Origin: Epithemia pelagica
Lineage: Eukaryota; Protista; Bacillariophyta
Reading direction: 5' to 3'
Assembly: GCA_946965045.2 (NCBI GenBank)
Contig: OX337228.1
Span: 5,828,001 to 5,892,000, forward strand
DNA length: 64,000 nt
Part shown: positions 1 to 11,431 of the stretch, in pieces
Layout: each line of letters opens with the position of its first letter
How positions within the stretch are numbered: the stretch's first letter is position 1
The notes under the pieces: model-generated
Told to the model about the DNA's origin: nothing
Seen by the model: the letters and a program-made list of their open reading frames with translations, nothing else
The model's database searches: none
Translations under genes and position numbers: made by a program

Positions 1-280
1 CTCTCATACGATAGCTACCAGAACAATCTTGTTTCTCGTCTGGTTCAAGGATCTCCCGGAACTCAAAGTATGTGGATTGCCACCACGGAATGGTAAAGTG
101 GGTGGTAAAATGATGGATTTGGTCCCAGGGGTTCGGAGGCAAAGATAATTGATAATGCAAAACAAAACAAACACAAGAGTCATCCCACGATTCCACCATT
201 GTGTCGGAAGGTGAACAGTAGCTATTGTAGAGCTCGAAAGTACGGAAACCAGAGGCTGTGATCAGCGGTAGACCTTTCAT
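1..280 (-). CDS. Partial hypothetical protein running off the left edge
   Basis: Manual translation of the minus strand from ATG 280 (MKGLPLITASGFRTFELYNSYCSPSD...) has no stop before position 1; the frame is open from ~410. Not in the ORF track because no stop is reached. No family recognised. Confidence 0.4.
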   Translation of the reverse strand, partial: MKGLPLITASGFRTFELYNSYCSPSDTMVESWDDSCVCFVLHYQLSLPPNPWDQIHHFTTHFTIPWWQSTYFEFREILEPDEKQDCSGSYRMR

Positions 281-727
281 TGTTTCCACGACCTTTGCCG
301 TGTTGGCTTTATAGCCGCCATCGGAATACTGGTCCTTGAGCCAAATCGAACCAAGCCTAAGCAATGGAGTAATTTGTTTCACACAAAAATTTGAAATTTC
401 CTCTGTGACGACGGGTAGTTTTTCTCAACTAAGCCATAGTCTTCCTATTTCGGAAGTAAGATTCCAAATTCCATGCCCTACATACGTCGCTGGTAGATTT
501 CCCTACATACGTACATATACGTAGACTAGTACTGGATGGTCACTGTGGCCATCAATTCTTCTACAAGACACATTACTCCTACTCCTACAACAGTTTCTCC
601 TACCTTAGGTCACATAATAGGACTACGTTCTCCAAGGAACATCCTAGTCTCTCTACGTCTATAGGGTATGGACGGGGAGAAGCTTCAATAGAGTGGTAGT
701 TAAGATTCAACCAATGCAAGGAAGTTC

Positions 728-2604
728 CTATCCTCTCCTCTTCCTTGCCTTTTTCTTCCCTTTCCGAGCATTGAGCTTCTTCTTGTCTTCTGTCCGAGAA
801 ACAGTCCTTTCCGACATCATCGCATTCAGGTCGTCCTGGTTTGCGGGGGCCGCCACTGCGCCACCACGCATTTCGCCCTCTGGTGAACGTTTTCCGAAAT
901 TTTGCCGAAAAATGTCCTCCTCTTCCATATCCCAGATTGACAAGCTGTTCCCTGAACCTCCACATGCCAGAAGGGCAGGGGCGGAAGCGTAAAAATCAAC
1001 ACTGTACAGCTTACCGGCGCACATGTCCTTGCTTCCACATGCACGGGGAGAACAACTTCTATCAACTCCAAGATCCCACAATGTGACACACTTGTCAACA
1101 GAACACGTCACCATTAAGCCAGAAATATTGGGGCTGTAAGATAGATCGGTCATGCCGCCGTATTCGTTCGCTACCACTGACCACAAAGGCGATGATGTTT
1201 CAAACTTTCGGACATCCCAACATTGAACCAGACCGTCCTCCGTACCAACAGTCAAGTATTCGGGATGAAATGGGTCCCAAGCGACAACCTCGCAGTCCGA
1301 CTGAGTCTTCACAGATTTGACGTTCCGCCCATCAGATCGAGCATCAAGCAAGGCAACAGTTTTGTCGTATGAGCCCGTGGCTAGCAAGGTACCTTCGTTG
1401 GGATGCCATACCACAGACTGAACTTTGCCTTTATGATGTTCAAAGGTGGCCGCGTTGGACTTCCCCGAGGAGTCATCGCCTGCCTGTGTGACATCCCATA
1501 GTTTTACGGTCGTATCAGCTGACCCACTCGCAACAACCTGCTTGTGGATTGCGTTCCAAGACAGTGACATTACAGCACCCGTGTGACTTCCAGGCCGCAG
1601 ACCTCCTGGTCTAAGATCACTTTTCCTTTGTGACATTTTCCCCAGTGGAGAAGATGTTTCGCCTCCCAAAATACAAGACGGCTCCAGTGCATTAAGTACA
1701 TCGAGGTTCCACATTTCAATACCTGTATCAAACGTGCCAACAGCACAAAAGTTGCCTGGGTTCCCGTCACAACTTACTCGGCCGTGAGCGAGGCAAAGAG
1801 GAAATGAAGGAAGTGGGATGTCGTGGTGAACATACAAAGAACCCTTCTTTGTATCATATACATGAACTTCCAATGCAGAGAAATCCTGGAGGGGTCTGTA
1901 GTGAGACATACTGAATTCGACTACCACAGCAATCAATGATCGCTTTATCACACACTTACATCCTCTGTTTTGGCGACAAGAACTAGCGCGTCATCTTCTG
2001 TCAATCGAACATCTTCAGCTTCACTATCATCCTCGTCGAAGTTCATCTCTTCCATATCTGCACCTGCACCCATTCCAATGCCATACAGCCCCATCGAATT
2101 AAGTCCATCTGCATCGACAGGCATGAACTCTCTCATATCTGGTACGTCATTTAAGTCGTCTTCGTCATCATCGTCGTCTTCGTCAGATTCCACCTCACGA
2201 CGAACGTTATCGCCATGGTTTTGCTGCATCCCAGGGGATCCATCATCATCTTCGTCATTCACTTTTCCAGATTTTTCGATCTCAGCTGAAACCGAGTTTT
2301 GTTGACCAACCAGAAGTTCACCTATGGCCTCGTCGCCATCTTCGTCGCTTGAGTACTCGTCCATACGCAGGTCTGGGGGTAACGCGTTCGCCGATTCATT
2401 CGCCGATAAGACAACTTTCATTGTTCCTCTTTTTCGTTTGAATTCATGTGTTTCCTTTGGTGAAGAAGCTTTTTTTGTTGCCTCGTCGGCTTGTTCTTCT
2501 TGTTCCATCGCTTGAATCATCTCCCTCTCCCTTGCACTAAGCTCATACCGTTTAGGGCTTGGATCTGCAACACCAGCTGGAACCCATCCAATAGCAGATA
2601 TCAT
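728..2604 (-). CDS. PWP1: Periodic tryptophan protein 1 homolog (WD40 ribosome biogenesis factor), 2 exons
   Basis: N-terminal MISAIGWVPAG, acidic region, then AKTED|DFSALEVHVY..YVHHDI.LPSFPL and WD repeats (SGSADTTVKLWD, TGSYDKTVALLD). GTAAGT..CAG intron at 1886-1959 joins ORFs 1948..2613 and 728..1951. Confidence 0.9.
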
Positions 2605-2898
2605 AGTATTCAATTTGGAAGCACAGAAACTCTAGAATAACAAGCATGTACTGCCTCTTGTGACAACTGTTCGCCGTAACTCCATTGATGGAATTGCCGA
2701 GGAAATAGAAAGGAAATATTGGTTGTGGTTGGTGGTAGGAGATCTATGATAGGCAGATCGCTTTTGAATCGCCTCATGACCTGTTGAGTCTCGGAGAGAT
2801 CTACCCTAATAATCTCAACTTTCTAGGAGTATTTTTATATGGCTAAATATATGATAGGAGTAGGAGTAGCACATTTCATCTCGTTCGTCTATCAACTA

Positions 2899-3321
2899 TC
2901 AACTCATTTCATCAGCACTACCAGAGGACCCTACGCACATGGCAACACCGAATACGATAAGCGAGGACGCAACAATAGTCTTCACCGGGGAATCCACTTT
3001 TTCGCCGATAACGAAGCTCGTTAAAACTGAGAAGAATAGGGCAAGTCCATTGCAAATAGGGACTGAAGCCGATATGTCAGAATTCCCGAGAGTTAGATAG
3101 AATAGCAAGGACCCCGCCTGATTGAGTATGTAGGGAAGCAACACACCGACATGGCTGAATTTCTTCAGAGACGGAAGCAGCCGCGATCCTTCTTGTTGTG
3201 ACCCTGTTCCAAATTGCTCTGCCGAGCTGTTGGACTGTAATGCTTCATGGCGCAAAAGTGGATTTGTGCAACCCCAGAAAATTCCGACAAAGATCATAGA
3301 CACATAGTCAAGGTATGTCAT
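2899..3321 (-). CDS. TMEM234: TMEM234-family small membrane protein
   Basis: GIFWGCTNPLL and PYILNQAGSLLFYLTLG...ISASVPICNGLA motifs; four hydrophobic segments; ATG at 3321. Confidence 0.8.
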   Translation of the reverse strand: MTYLDYVSMIFVGIFWGCTNPLLRHEALQSNSSAEQFGTGSQQEGSRLLPSLKKFSHVGVLLPYILNQAGSLLFYLTLGNSDISASVPICNGLALFFSVLTSFVIGEKVDSPVKTIVASSLIVFGVAMCVGSSGSADEMS

Positions 3322-3526
3322 ACTCCTACTGCCTTTTCGATTCAAGCTCCGAGCTGTTGCTATCTTGTCCTTCTACATCCAGCCAAACTCGCGCTAGCAA
3401 GCGATGCTTACGTACTTTATCTCCGAGTCGATTACACTCTATCATACGGGACCCCCGATTTATGCTATAAATCATAACAATAGAATGAAGTGGAACCGCG
3501 ACGGAATTTTTTGAATCTGGATACCT

Positions 3527-4304
3527 ACCCCCTAGCGGGGGTGGTTTTTAGGTATGGGGGTGGCTCAGAGAAATTACACCCTATAAGCCACCCCCGCTAG
3601 GGAGTACCCCTATACCTATTTGCCAAAAATAACCTGTTTCCAGTCGGCCGGCATGTCTCATTTCCTCCACCACGATAACAACACGGGCCATGGTGTTGCA
3701 CAGGTTGTTGTGCACCTATTTGGACTCGTGAAACCTGTCTTCCTAGTCATAGACCTCAAACCAATAGTGTAGAATGCATCGGCATCACCAAAATTTAAAG
3801 GTTAAGGCTATTATGCATCAGACTCATAGGCGCCATGCCTCGTGGCACAGGTACGGAAGCGACGTATTGCCATTTCTAACGAAGCAACTCAAAGGGACTA
3901 TATGGCTCTTATCATGCATTGTTTGGACACCTATTGGTACACAATACACATCACAGTAGTAGTTACACAGTGTATTGTTAGCAAAACGGCAACTCTCATG
4001 TATTTTCACGCCATCATGGTCTCCTATTGAGCCGTATTACAGCGTCACTGTATTGGTCATTTCCTAGAATGGCCCGCATGCACTGTGCCCCTCACAATGC
4101 ACTGACATGGTACCGATATGAAGCATGTGATGGTCGGATCATGATGGGGTGGCCGTAGGAGGTCACCAGCAACGACAAAGTTTGATTGTCGTGTTGTTAT
4201 CGCGGTGGAAGGAATGAGATATGCCGGCCGACTGGAGCCAGGAAAAAGGTATGGGGGTGGTTCACAGAAACTACAACCTCAAAACCACCCCCGCTAGGGG
4301 GTAC
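3527..4304. mobile_element. Non-autonomous TIR element (MITE-like) with compound termini
   Basis: CCCCTAGCGGGGGTGGTTTT (3529-3548) is the exact reverse complement of 4281-4300. A second inverted pair is 3640-3685/4190-4235 (42/46). TA lies next to both ends. No credible ORF inside. Confidence 0.75.
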
Positions 4305-4390
4305 TCTCGTATCGGCGCACGGACAAAGGACGACGCCATCGTCTCTCCTTTTGATGCAACGCCGCACCCTGAAGAGACAACTCAACAGCA

Positions 4391-5893
4391 ATGAGACCGG
4401 CGATTGGAAGAGCTCTCGTCCAAAAGACGCTTTCGCGTCCACTTGCGTACGCGAACCGGCAGTTTTCCGCTCTGTTGACGTTGGAACAGGAGGCTCCAGG
4501 GTATGTGTCCGACTGGATGAGATGGTGGTTCCGATAAAAAAGCTATTGCAGTTTCACAGCTTCGTGTTCATCTGGACTTGACCCATTTCTTTTGCATAGT
4601 CTTACGTTTATTCTTGCTTTCCAGAATACCTTCTCTCTCCCCGGAACCCAATAAGGCAACTGATGCCTCAGTTTCAACGTTACCTAGCGGCTTGGTTGTG
4701 GTCACCGAGAATGCTTGTTCAACAAGCACAGTCTCGATGACCTACCCCATGGCTGGATCGGGCTCTGAAGCTGCCGACAGTCAAGGCGCTGCATTGGTCA
4801 ACAAGTGCCTGGGATTCAAGTCTGGATCTGACATGTCTACTCTCTTCATTTACCGAACCGTGGAGGACGCGGGAGGAGTTCCGTTTACTTCGGCTGATCG
4901 TTACGGCGCGACTCTGGGATACACTGTTCCAAGGGAAATGGCCTCCAGTATTGTCAATACTCTTGCAATTGACTGCAGTTTCGAACCATGGGATGTTCGC
5001 GATGCCATCAAACTTGCTTCAATTGAGTCTGAAGAAGCTGGAAACAGCGCGCAAATTGTTCTCACTGAAAACCTCTACGCAGCCGCCTATGGAGCACAAA
5101 CTGCGGCGGGTCGCACCTTCTACTCTTACGATGTCACGTCTGATTCAGTGAAGGATTTCCGCGATCAGGGCTACGGAATCAAAGGAGCAGTTCTTGCTGC
5201 TACCGGAATCCCTGATCATGCAGCCTTCTGCTCTGAGGTTTCCGAACTCCTTGCATCGGCTCCCGCTGGTGACTCTAGCAAGGCAGCTCCATTTTCGTAC
5301 CTAGGTGGAGAAAGTCGTGTCTATGCCCCAGGCTCAGGATACGCGCATGTCGCATTTGCCTTCCAGAGTTCCGCCACTTCCGTCGTTGCAAGTGTTGTCA
5401 AACATGCATTGACCCTTGCAGGTTCAGAGTCGGGTCTTCAAGGTTTCTCCTCGAAAGGTCTTGTTGGTGTTTATGCCGGAAGTGCCGACTCGGCAGGAAT
5501 TGTGGATGCGATGACTACTGCCTTGACAAGCTCCCTTACGAGCGATGTCATTGCGCGAGCCAAAGCACTTGCGAAGTTGGAAACCTTGATGGCGATCGAC
5601 GGAGGAAGCAAGACTTTGGCTGAGGTTATGACCGCATCCGTACTGGAAACAGGAAGCTTCAGTGGGCCGGCAGATATTGCCAAAAGCTACGACTCAGTGA
5701 CAGACGGTGACGTTACAAGTGCTTTGTCCGCGATGCTCAAATCAAATCCTTCTCTTGCCGCTGTGGGAGATATCAGCATGGTACCCGTAAGTTCTTCTTC
5801 TCTTTTTTGTTCTGTACATATACAGCGACTAACCGTCTATCTTTGCGTTGCCTTATCCAGTACCATGCCACTGTCGCAGCTCGTTTCAGTTAG
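4391..5893 (+). CDS. QCR2: Mitochondrial cytochrome bc1 core protein 2 / MPP-alpha-like (inactive M16 family), 3 exons
   Basis: Exon 1 (4391-4500) encodes an Arg-rich mitochondrial presequence MRPAIGRALVQKTLSR. Introns at 4501-4624 and 5787-5860. M16-like motifs STLPSGLVVVTEN and C-terminal AAVGDISMVPY. No HXXEH and no MPP-alpha glycine loop seen. Confidence 0.7.
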
Positions 5894-6494
5894 TTTCGTA
5901 CTCCGTAGTAATAAGAATGAAGGAGACTGTCTTGTGCCTCAGATTGTAGTTTTCTCAGACTACTTTTGAACCGTAGGCGTCTGAGTGTGGTCATGCTTTG
6001 TTTGGTATTCCTCTGAACAACATTCGAACGACAACGACTTTTGGTTGTAGGATCTGCTTCGGGAAACTTCTGTTGGATCTCGTAAAAAGATATGAAACAG
6101 CAAACTGTACGCTTTTCCATTTCCATCTTCATTTGAGCTTGTTGTAAGTTGTAAATGCCGAGAGCACTTATCATCGCATTCGTGAGTGGGACACATGCGG
6201 CTTCGGCAATTGTCGGAGCTCATGTATGGTTTGGTTTCGGTCTTCTGTCATATGGAACACCAGATCATAGGTTTATCTTCCGATTAATAGCCAGAAAACG
6301 GAAGAAACCACATTACAAATGCTAAGAAGGTGATCTAGAACACTTTCCATTTCCTTAGCTTGAGCTCCTGGAGAAGGACTAGAGACGGACGATCAACTAC
6401 CGAGCATAATCTACCTACTCCTACCTAGCTAGAGAGGGTGATTGCCAAGATACTCCCCTACCTTGTCGCCAGAACACATCTCAAGAGTTTGGCC

Positions 6495-7826
6495 ATGGCA
6501 TCTCATTTGCACGCCCGAAAGAAAACGCAAAACGATGACATTGAGGATGGCAATGCCTCGGCGAGAAACCATCCTTCGACTCTAAACCAGAATCGGAATC
6601 AGAAGAAGCGAAGGCATGGTCCCTCCGAGGTAGCAGCTGCATCCTTGTCTGTCTCTGGCTTTCTCGCTGTTGGACTTTTGTTGGGTTACTTTCTGTTACA
6701 TAATCAACACCGAAAAGTCATTCTTCATGTTATCAGCGATCCTCTTGGTCATGGAAGAGGAGTAATGCATGGACGGCAGGGATTCAGGCATCATTTCTAT
6801 ACGGGAAATCCTAGATATGTCACTGTTGTGATGCCGTCGGTTGTCAATCCCGGTGGAAGAAGACGACGCCTCAACTCCATCCAAGACACTTGGGGTGGTA
6901 GCGCAAGAGCAATATATGTTGTCCATAATGTATCCGAGTTTCCACAGGCATCCCATGCTGTCTTGTCAGAAGAGTCTAGCCCCGAAGATCGATATGCCTA
7001 TCCTCAACTGATGTTGATGCCGAAGAACATTGGGGTCGAAAGTGGTGTTGCTCGTTTGATTTATACAATCCGTACAACTTACAATAGAGTTGATCCTGAT
7101 TTCGCTTTCTTTGTGAACGATCATACGTTTGTCATTCCTGCACATTTGTGCAAATACCTGGAGCATCGTTCTCCAGACAACGCTATGTACGGTGGGCATG
7201 CATTACGAAACGGCAAGTCAGATACATTCAATTCTGGAGCAGCTGGATATATTCTTTCTCGTTCAACTATGAAACAACTTCTCGAAAGTTTTGAAAGGGG
7301 CACTGCCAACTGCGATGCGTCCACTGCAGACGAGTGGCTCCAAAACAATCCTAGTCTTGTCGTCGTCCAATGCCTCAAAAGCTTGGGAATTCGCCCTGTC
7401 GATACCCGCGGTGCAAAGAAATGGCACCGGTTTCATGCTTATCCCTTGACACGGGTTGTGTCGGGTGACATGGACAAGTGGTTTTTTGAGAAACACCGAG
7501 AAATGGATCAGATTGCCGGGTTTCCGAGTTCCTACAATGACGTTCTCAGTGGGGAAGATTGCTGTTCGATGGATACAATATCGTTTCATTATGTTGAATG
7601 GAAAGAATCGAAAGCTCTATTTGCGGTCCTAGAGGAGTTACTTGAGAATCCTCATCTTTCGGATCACGAAGTGAAGCTGCTGATGAAAGCAGAATGGCCG
7701 TCCAACAGCTATGAGATTGGATTCTATTCTAGAGGATTACCGAAAGATTCTGACACGAACGGATGGCGAAGCCTGATTGCGACAGTACGAAAGATCTCTA
7801 CTCGAGGCACTCAACGAGACTGCTAG
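6495..7826 (+). CDS. Type II membrane glycosyltransferase, GT31 (C1GalT/Fringe-like)
   Basis: One N-terminal TM helix, then WGGS, FAFFVNDHTFVIPAHL, FNSGAAGYILSR, CCS.DTISFHYVE, typical of core-1 beta-1,3-galactosyltransferase-like proteins. Confidence 0.75.
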   Translation: MASHLHARKKTQNDDIEDGNASARNHPSTLNQNRNQKKRRHGPSEVAAASLSVSGFLAVGLLLGYFLLHNQHRKVILHVISDPLGHGRGVMHGRQGFRHHFYTGNPRYVTVVMPSVVNPGGRRRRLNSIQDTWGGSARAIYVVHNVSEFPQASHAVLSEESSPEDRYAYPQLMLMPKNIGVESGVARLIYTIRTTYNRVDPDFAFFVNDHTFVIPAHLCKYLEHRSPDNAMYGGHALRNGKSDTFNSGAAGYILSRSTMKQLLESFERGTANCDASTADEWLQNNPSLVVVQCLKSLGIRPVDTRGAKKWHRFHAYPLTRVVSGDMDKWFFEKHREMDQIAGFPSSYNDVLSGEDCCSMDTISFHYVEWKESKALFAVLEELLENPHLSDHEVKLLMKAEWPSNSYEIGFYSRGLPKDSDTNGWRSLIATVRKISTRGTQRDC

Positions 7827-7898
7827 ATGGGATTGTTAGTTTAGCTGTGCTCATGGACAGTAAAGTATCTTGTTCCAAAAATACAATATTTAACTCCC

Positions 7899-9143
7899 CT
7901 AGTCGTAGGCTTTAGGTGTTGCGATTGGTTCGCACAACTTGGCCGCTGGTGTGCATTTGCTCCAGCATCGGGATGGTATTCCGATCCTGTCTTCCAATAT
8001 ACGGCCATTTTCCGTCGATTCAAGTTGAAGTTCAATATAGTTGATCGTTGGGTGCTTGTCGGCGAACTTGCGTATATGATTTGTGTGCCATTCATAGAAC
8101 GACTTGAATTGACGTGCCCTCGCCGCGAAAGGGGGGAAACCCGTGGCATTGCAGGGACGCCATCGATCGAGCAATGACCCATCGCCCCAATTTCTCATGC
8201 TGTGGTACCAGCTGTTTGTATCACGAACAATAAGGATAATTGTCAGGTCAGGGTAGTGCTTGTAAATGGCCTCCAATGCATCGACTGAAGGATAAAAACA
8301 ATCTGACCCAGATGATTTCTCATAGTTGGCAAACCCTGTATCAGTAAAAATATCGTGTTGTCCACACTCTTGAAACGGCGGTCGATCGGCAAGGACATTT
8401 TGTCGGATACACTGACCCGTTTGAACAGGTTTCGTCAAATTTCCTTGCTTTATCCACTGATGGCTCGCCCTGTGTCCCCCGCAATTGAAATATTGCCAAA
8501 TGCTTGTGGTACCACTCTTGGGGAGGCTTGCCACAAATACGGGTACCTGAACATTAAGAGGGTAAACAGTTTCCGCCGTCATTCCTGGATCCCATTGATC
8601 ATGAAGCGATTGGAAGCGGTCGTATTCCTCGTCAGTTTTTGCCTTCTTATTTTGCTTGGGTTGGTTCTTTTTCTGAATCGATGGCTGTTTCTTTTTTGGA
8701 GCAGAATTTGTAACACTATTTACTGGTAGGCGGAGGTTACCGGTTGATTCAATTCCACCAGACGATATGCTAGAAAGTTTTCGAACCCTTTTAGGTTCCT
8801 TCAGGATGTCTGTGTAGTCTGAAGAGGAAATGTCAGATAATTTCCGGCCAGTGTCGGAGTTCATTTGACCTTGTGTTGGTGGGAGGTAAAGAGATTCGGA
8901 ATTGCTAACAGCATCGGATTCATGTGGTTGGGTTGTCATGTCTTCAGGTATCGTCAATGAAAGGATTCTGAACTCGGTATCAGCAGCTGTATTGAGCATG
9001 ATGGAAACCCAAACAAAAGAAAGAGCAATCGATGCTGCAACAAAGTACTTCCAGCCTTGCGCGGTATCCATAGAAGGCAAAGGCATGCTCGAACGTCGTG
9101 CCAGGGATGAAGAGAGGTTTGAATTTGTCTTTCTGGAGGACAT
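7899..9143 (-). CDS. Type II membrane sulfotransferase-like protein
   Basis: TM helix near the N-terminus; 5'-PSB-like loop SLPKSGTTS; 3'-PB-like ILIVRDTNSWYHS; ATG at 9143. Confidence 0.7.
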   Translation of the reverse strand: MSSRKTNSNLSSSLARRSSMPLPSMDTAQGWKYFVAASIALSFVWVSIMLNTAADTEFRILSLTIPEDMTTQPHESDAVSNSESLYLPPTQGQMNSDTGRKLSDISSSDYTDILKEPKRVRKLSSISSGGIESTGNLRLPVNSVTNSAPKKKQPSIQKKNQPKQNKKAKTDEEYDRFQSLHDQWDPGMTAETVYPLNVQVPVFVASLPKSGTTSIWQYFNCGGHRASHQWIKQGNLTKPVQTGQCIRQNVLADRPPFQECGQHDIFTDTGFANYEKSSGSDCFYPSVDALEAIYKHYPDLTIILIVRDTNSWYHSMRNWGDGSLLDRWRPCNATGFPPFAARARQFKSFYEWHTNHIRKFADKHPTINYIELQLESTENGRILEDRIGIPSRCWSKCTPAAKLCEPIATPKAYD

Positions 9144-9492
9144 TATTGCATACAGATATTCATCACTTTGTTTGTGATTGCTTGTCTGCAATGCGGTCTT
9201 CCGATTGTGCAAAAGGTAACCTTAACCTTACTCCTCTAGCTACTCTAGCTAGAGGACGAGTTCTCCTTTGGGTTTTGGGTTGTTGGATTTTGAGCGACTT
9301 ACTGGCGTCTAAAAAACTTTTTTTAGGAGTAGCTGAGTCTTCGGAAAGAAAACGCGACGATGTGGTGTGGTTTGATGATGTGTGGTTGTGCATTTTGCAT
9401 TGGCGCGCAACAGAAACAGATGGGAAGAAGATAAAGAAAATTGCATTCCTATAATGCTAATATCTGGAGTCATGAGGTGGATGTTGAGCATA

Positions 9493-10903
9493 ATGAAGAC
9501 AACAACTCTGTTTATTTTTCTCCTTGCCACGACATGCGCACAGGCCTTTGTACCATCGCACCGCCTGGTTCATCGCAATCGTAGTCACCTCTCGCGATTG
9601 TTGTCGGCCACTATTGAAGAACCACCTGATATGCCTGACTATGGAAAAACACCAGTTGAGATTCAAAATATCAAACTCGACAAGGCGGATAAGTGGAGAC
9701 GGAAAGATTTGTTTGGTAATAGCCTGGTAGAACAGACCTTGGATGAATTGGAGAGAGACGATGAGTTTCAAGCAACAACCAAGAGGTACGCCTCTATTGG
9801 ACCCGAAAAAGTGTCAAGAGAGGAACGAGCCAAACGACGACGGGCACTAGATGGTCTGGGAATATCTTCGTTTTCCAGCTTTCTTGTCGAAAATGCAGGA
9901 GTCTCCAAGCTTGAAAGGAAAGCTCCCACCGTTCTACAAATCAATATTGGCTTGTATTGCAACCAAGCTTGTGGGCACTGCCACGTTGAATCGTCTCCTC
10001 TTCGTACAGCGGAACAAATGACTGCCGAAACAGCGGCTCAATGTCTAAAGCTTCTCTCTGCGACACCTTCGATCAAAATTCTTGATATTACAGGTGGTGC
10101 ACCTGAACTGAACAAAAATTTTCGTTATCTTGTTCGCGTGGCTAGATCACTGAGGCCTGATTTGGAAATCATCGATCGCTGCAACCTTACCGTACTCCAA
10201 GAACCTGGCCAGGAAGACCTTCCAAAGTTCTTGAAAGAGAACGGAGTCCGCGTAATTGCCAGCTTACCGTGCTATAGTGCCGAAAATGTTGATCAGCAAC
10301 GTGGCAATGGGGTCTTCGACCGATCTATTGCAGCGTTACTGGCTTTGAACGAAGCTGGATTCGGCGTACCGGATTCGGACTTATATTTGGATCTTGTCTA
10401 CAATCCACTCGGAGCTTTCTTACCACCTGAACAAGAGAAACTAGAAGTCCAATACAAACAAGTGTTAGAAGAGAACTTTGGTATCGTTTTCAATTCGCTT
10501 TTTACCATGACAAACATGCCAATCAAGCGGTTTGCCGATTTTCTTCACCGAAGAGACGAGCTCAAACAATACATGGACCTTCTTTCCCGTAACTTCAATA
10601 GTGATACTCTGGGGCAACTTATGTGTCTGGATACGGTATCAGTGGGTTGGGATGGCCGTGTTTACGACTGTGACTTCAACCAACAGCTTGGCTACGCTGT
10701 TGGTGTAGATGGAGTGCACTCGGGGGGTAAGACGGTGTTCGACATGGACTCTCTTGATCTTTTAGAGCATCCAATCCGAAACGACAGTAAGTGCGAAGAC
10801 CAGAATGCTATTTATTGTTTTTCTAGGGACATCTCAATCTGATCTCCACCAACCACCGACAGACCATTGCTTCGGTTGCACTGCAGGAATGGGTTCAAGC
10901 TGA
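9493..10903 (+). CDS. arsS: Plastid-targeted radical SAM protein, ArsS/DUF3641 type (arsenosugar biosynthesis-like), 2 exons
   Basis: Signal peptide ending AQA-FVP; CNQACGHC cluster motif; DITGGAPE, IDRCNLTVL, YDCDFNQQL. Intron 10787-10862 restores the C-terminal HCFGCTAGMGSS. Confidence 0.8.
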
Positions 10904-11431
10904 CAAGGCACCACAGCCTCGTAGAATTATACGTGGCTGTGGATCAATTGAAGTTTTTCGCTTGTCTCACGCTTGCAAAGGTTCCGAGGAAGAATGACTT
11001 GTTGCTGAGCCTGTCATCGTAGAGGTCGCAACGATGAAAAAATCCTTGTAAAGCTGCGCGTTTCTGGTCATCCACACTTTGTTGGCTGTGCTACCAATAA
11101 CTTCCAATGAAACCCCGCTTATTGAAACGCAGTTGCCATCATCTGAAACAGTCTTGTCGTACAGGGTGGCACTCCTACTCCAAGGTCACTTTTGTCCATT
11201 TTATGGCAACAACGCTACCTTCTTATCTACTCTACCTAGCTAGAATTACGAATGTCATGACGGGTCGCGTAAAATTCCCATGCCACCGATTTTTTTCTTA
11301 TCCATACCCATGTTGGGAATTGGGAGCATGTCTTGATGTTGAGCGGTGATGGGAATAAGAGAAATAGGTAATTGTATCGTTATCTGTCTACCGAACGGAC
11401 GTCATCAGGAGACGCGACCAACGAAACGATT

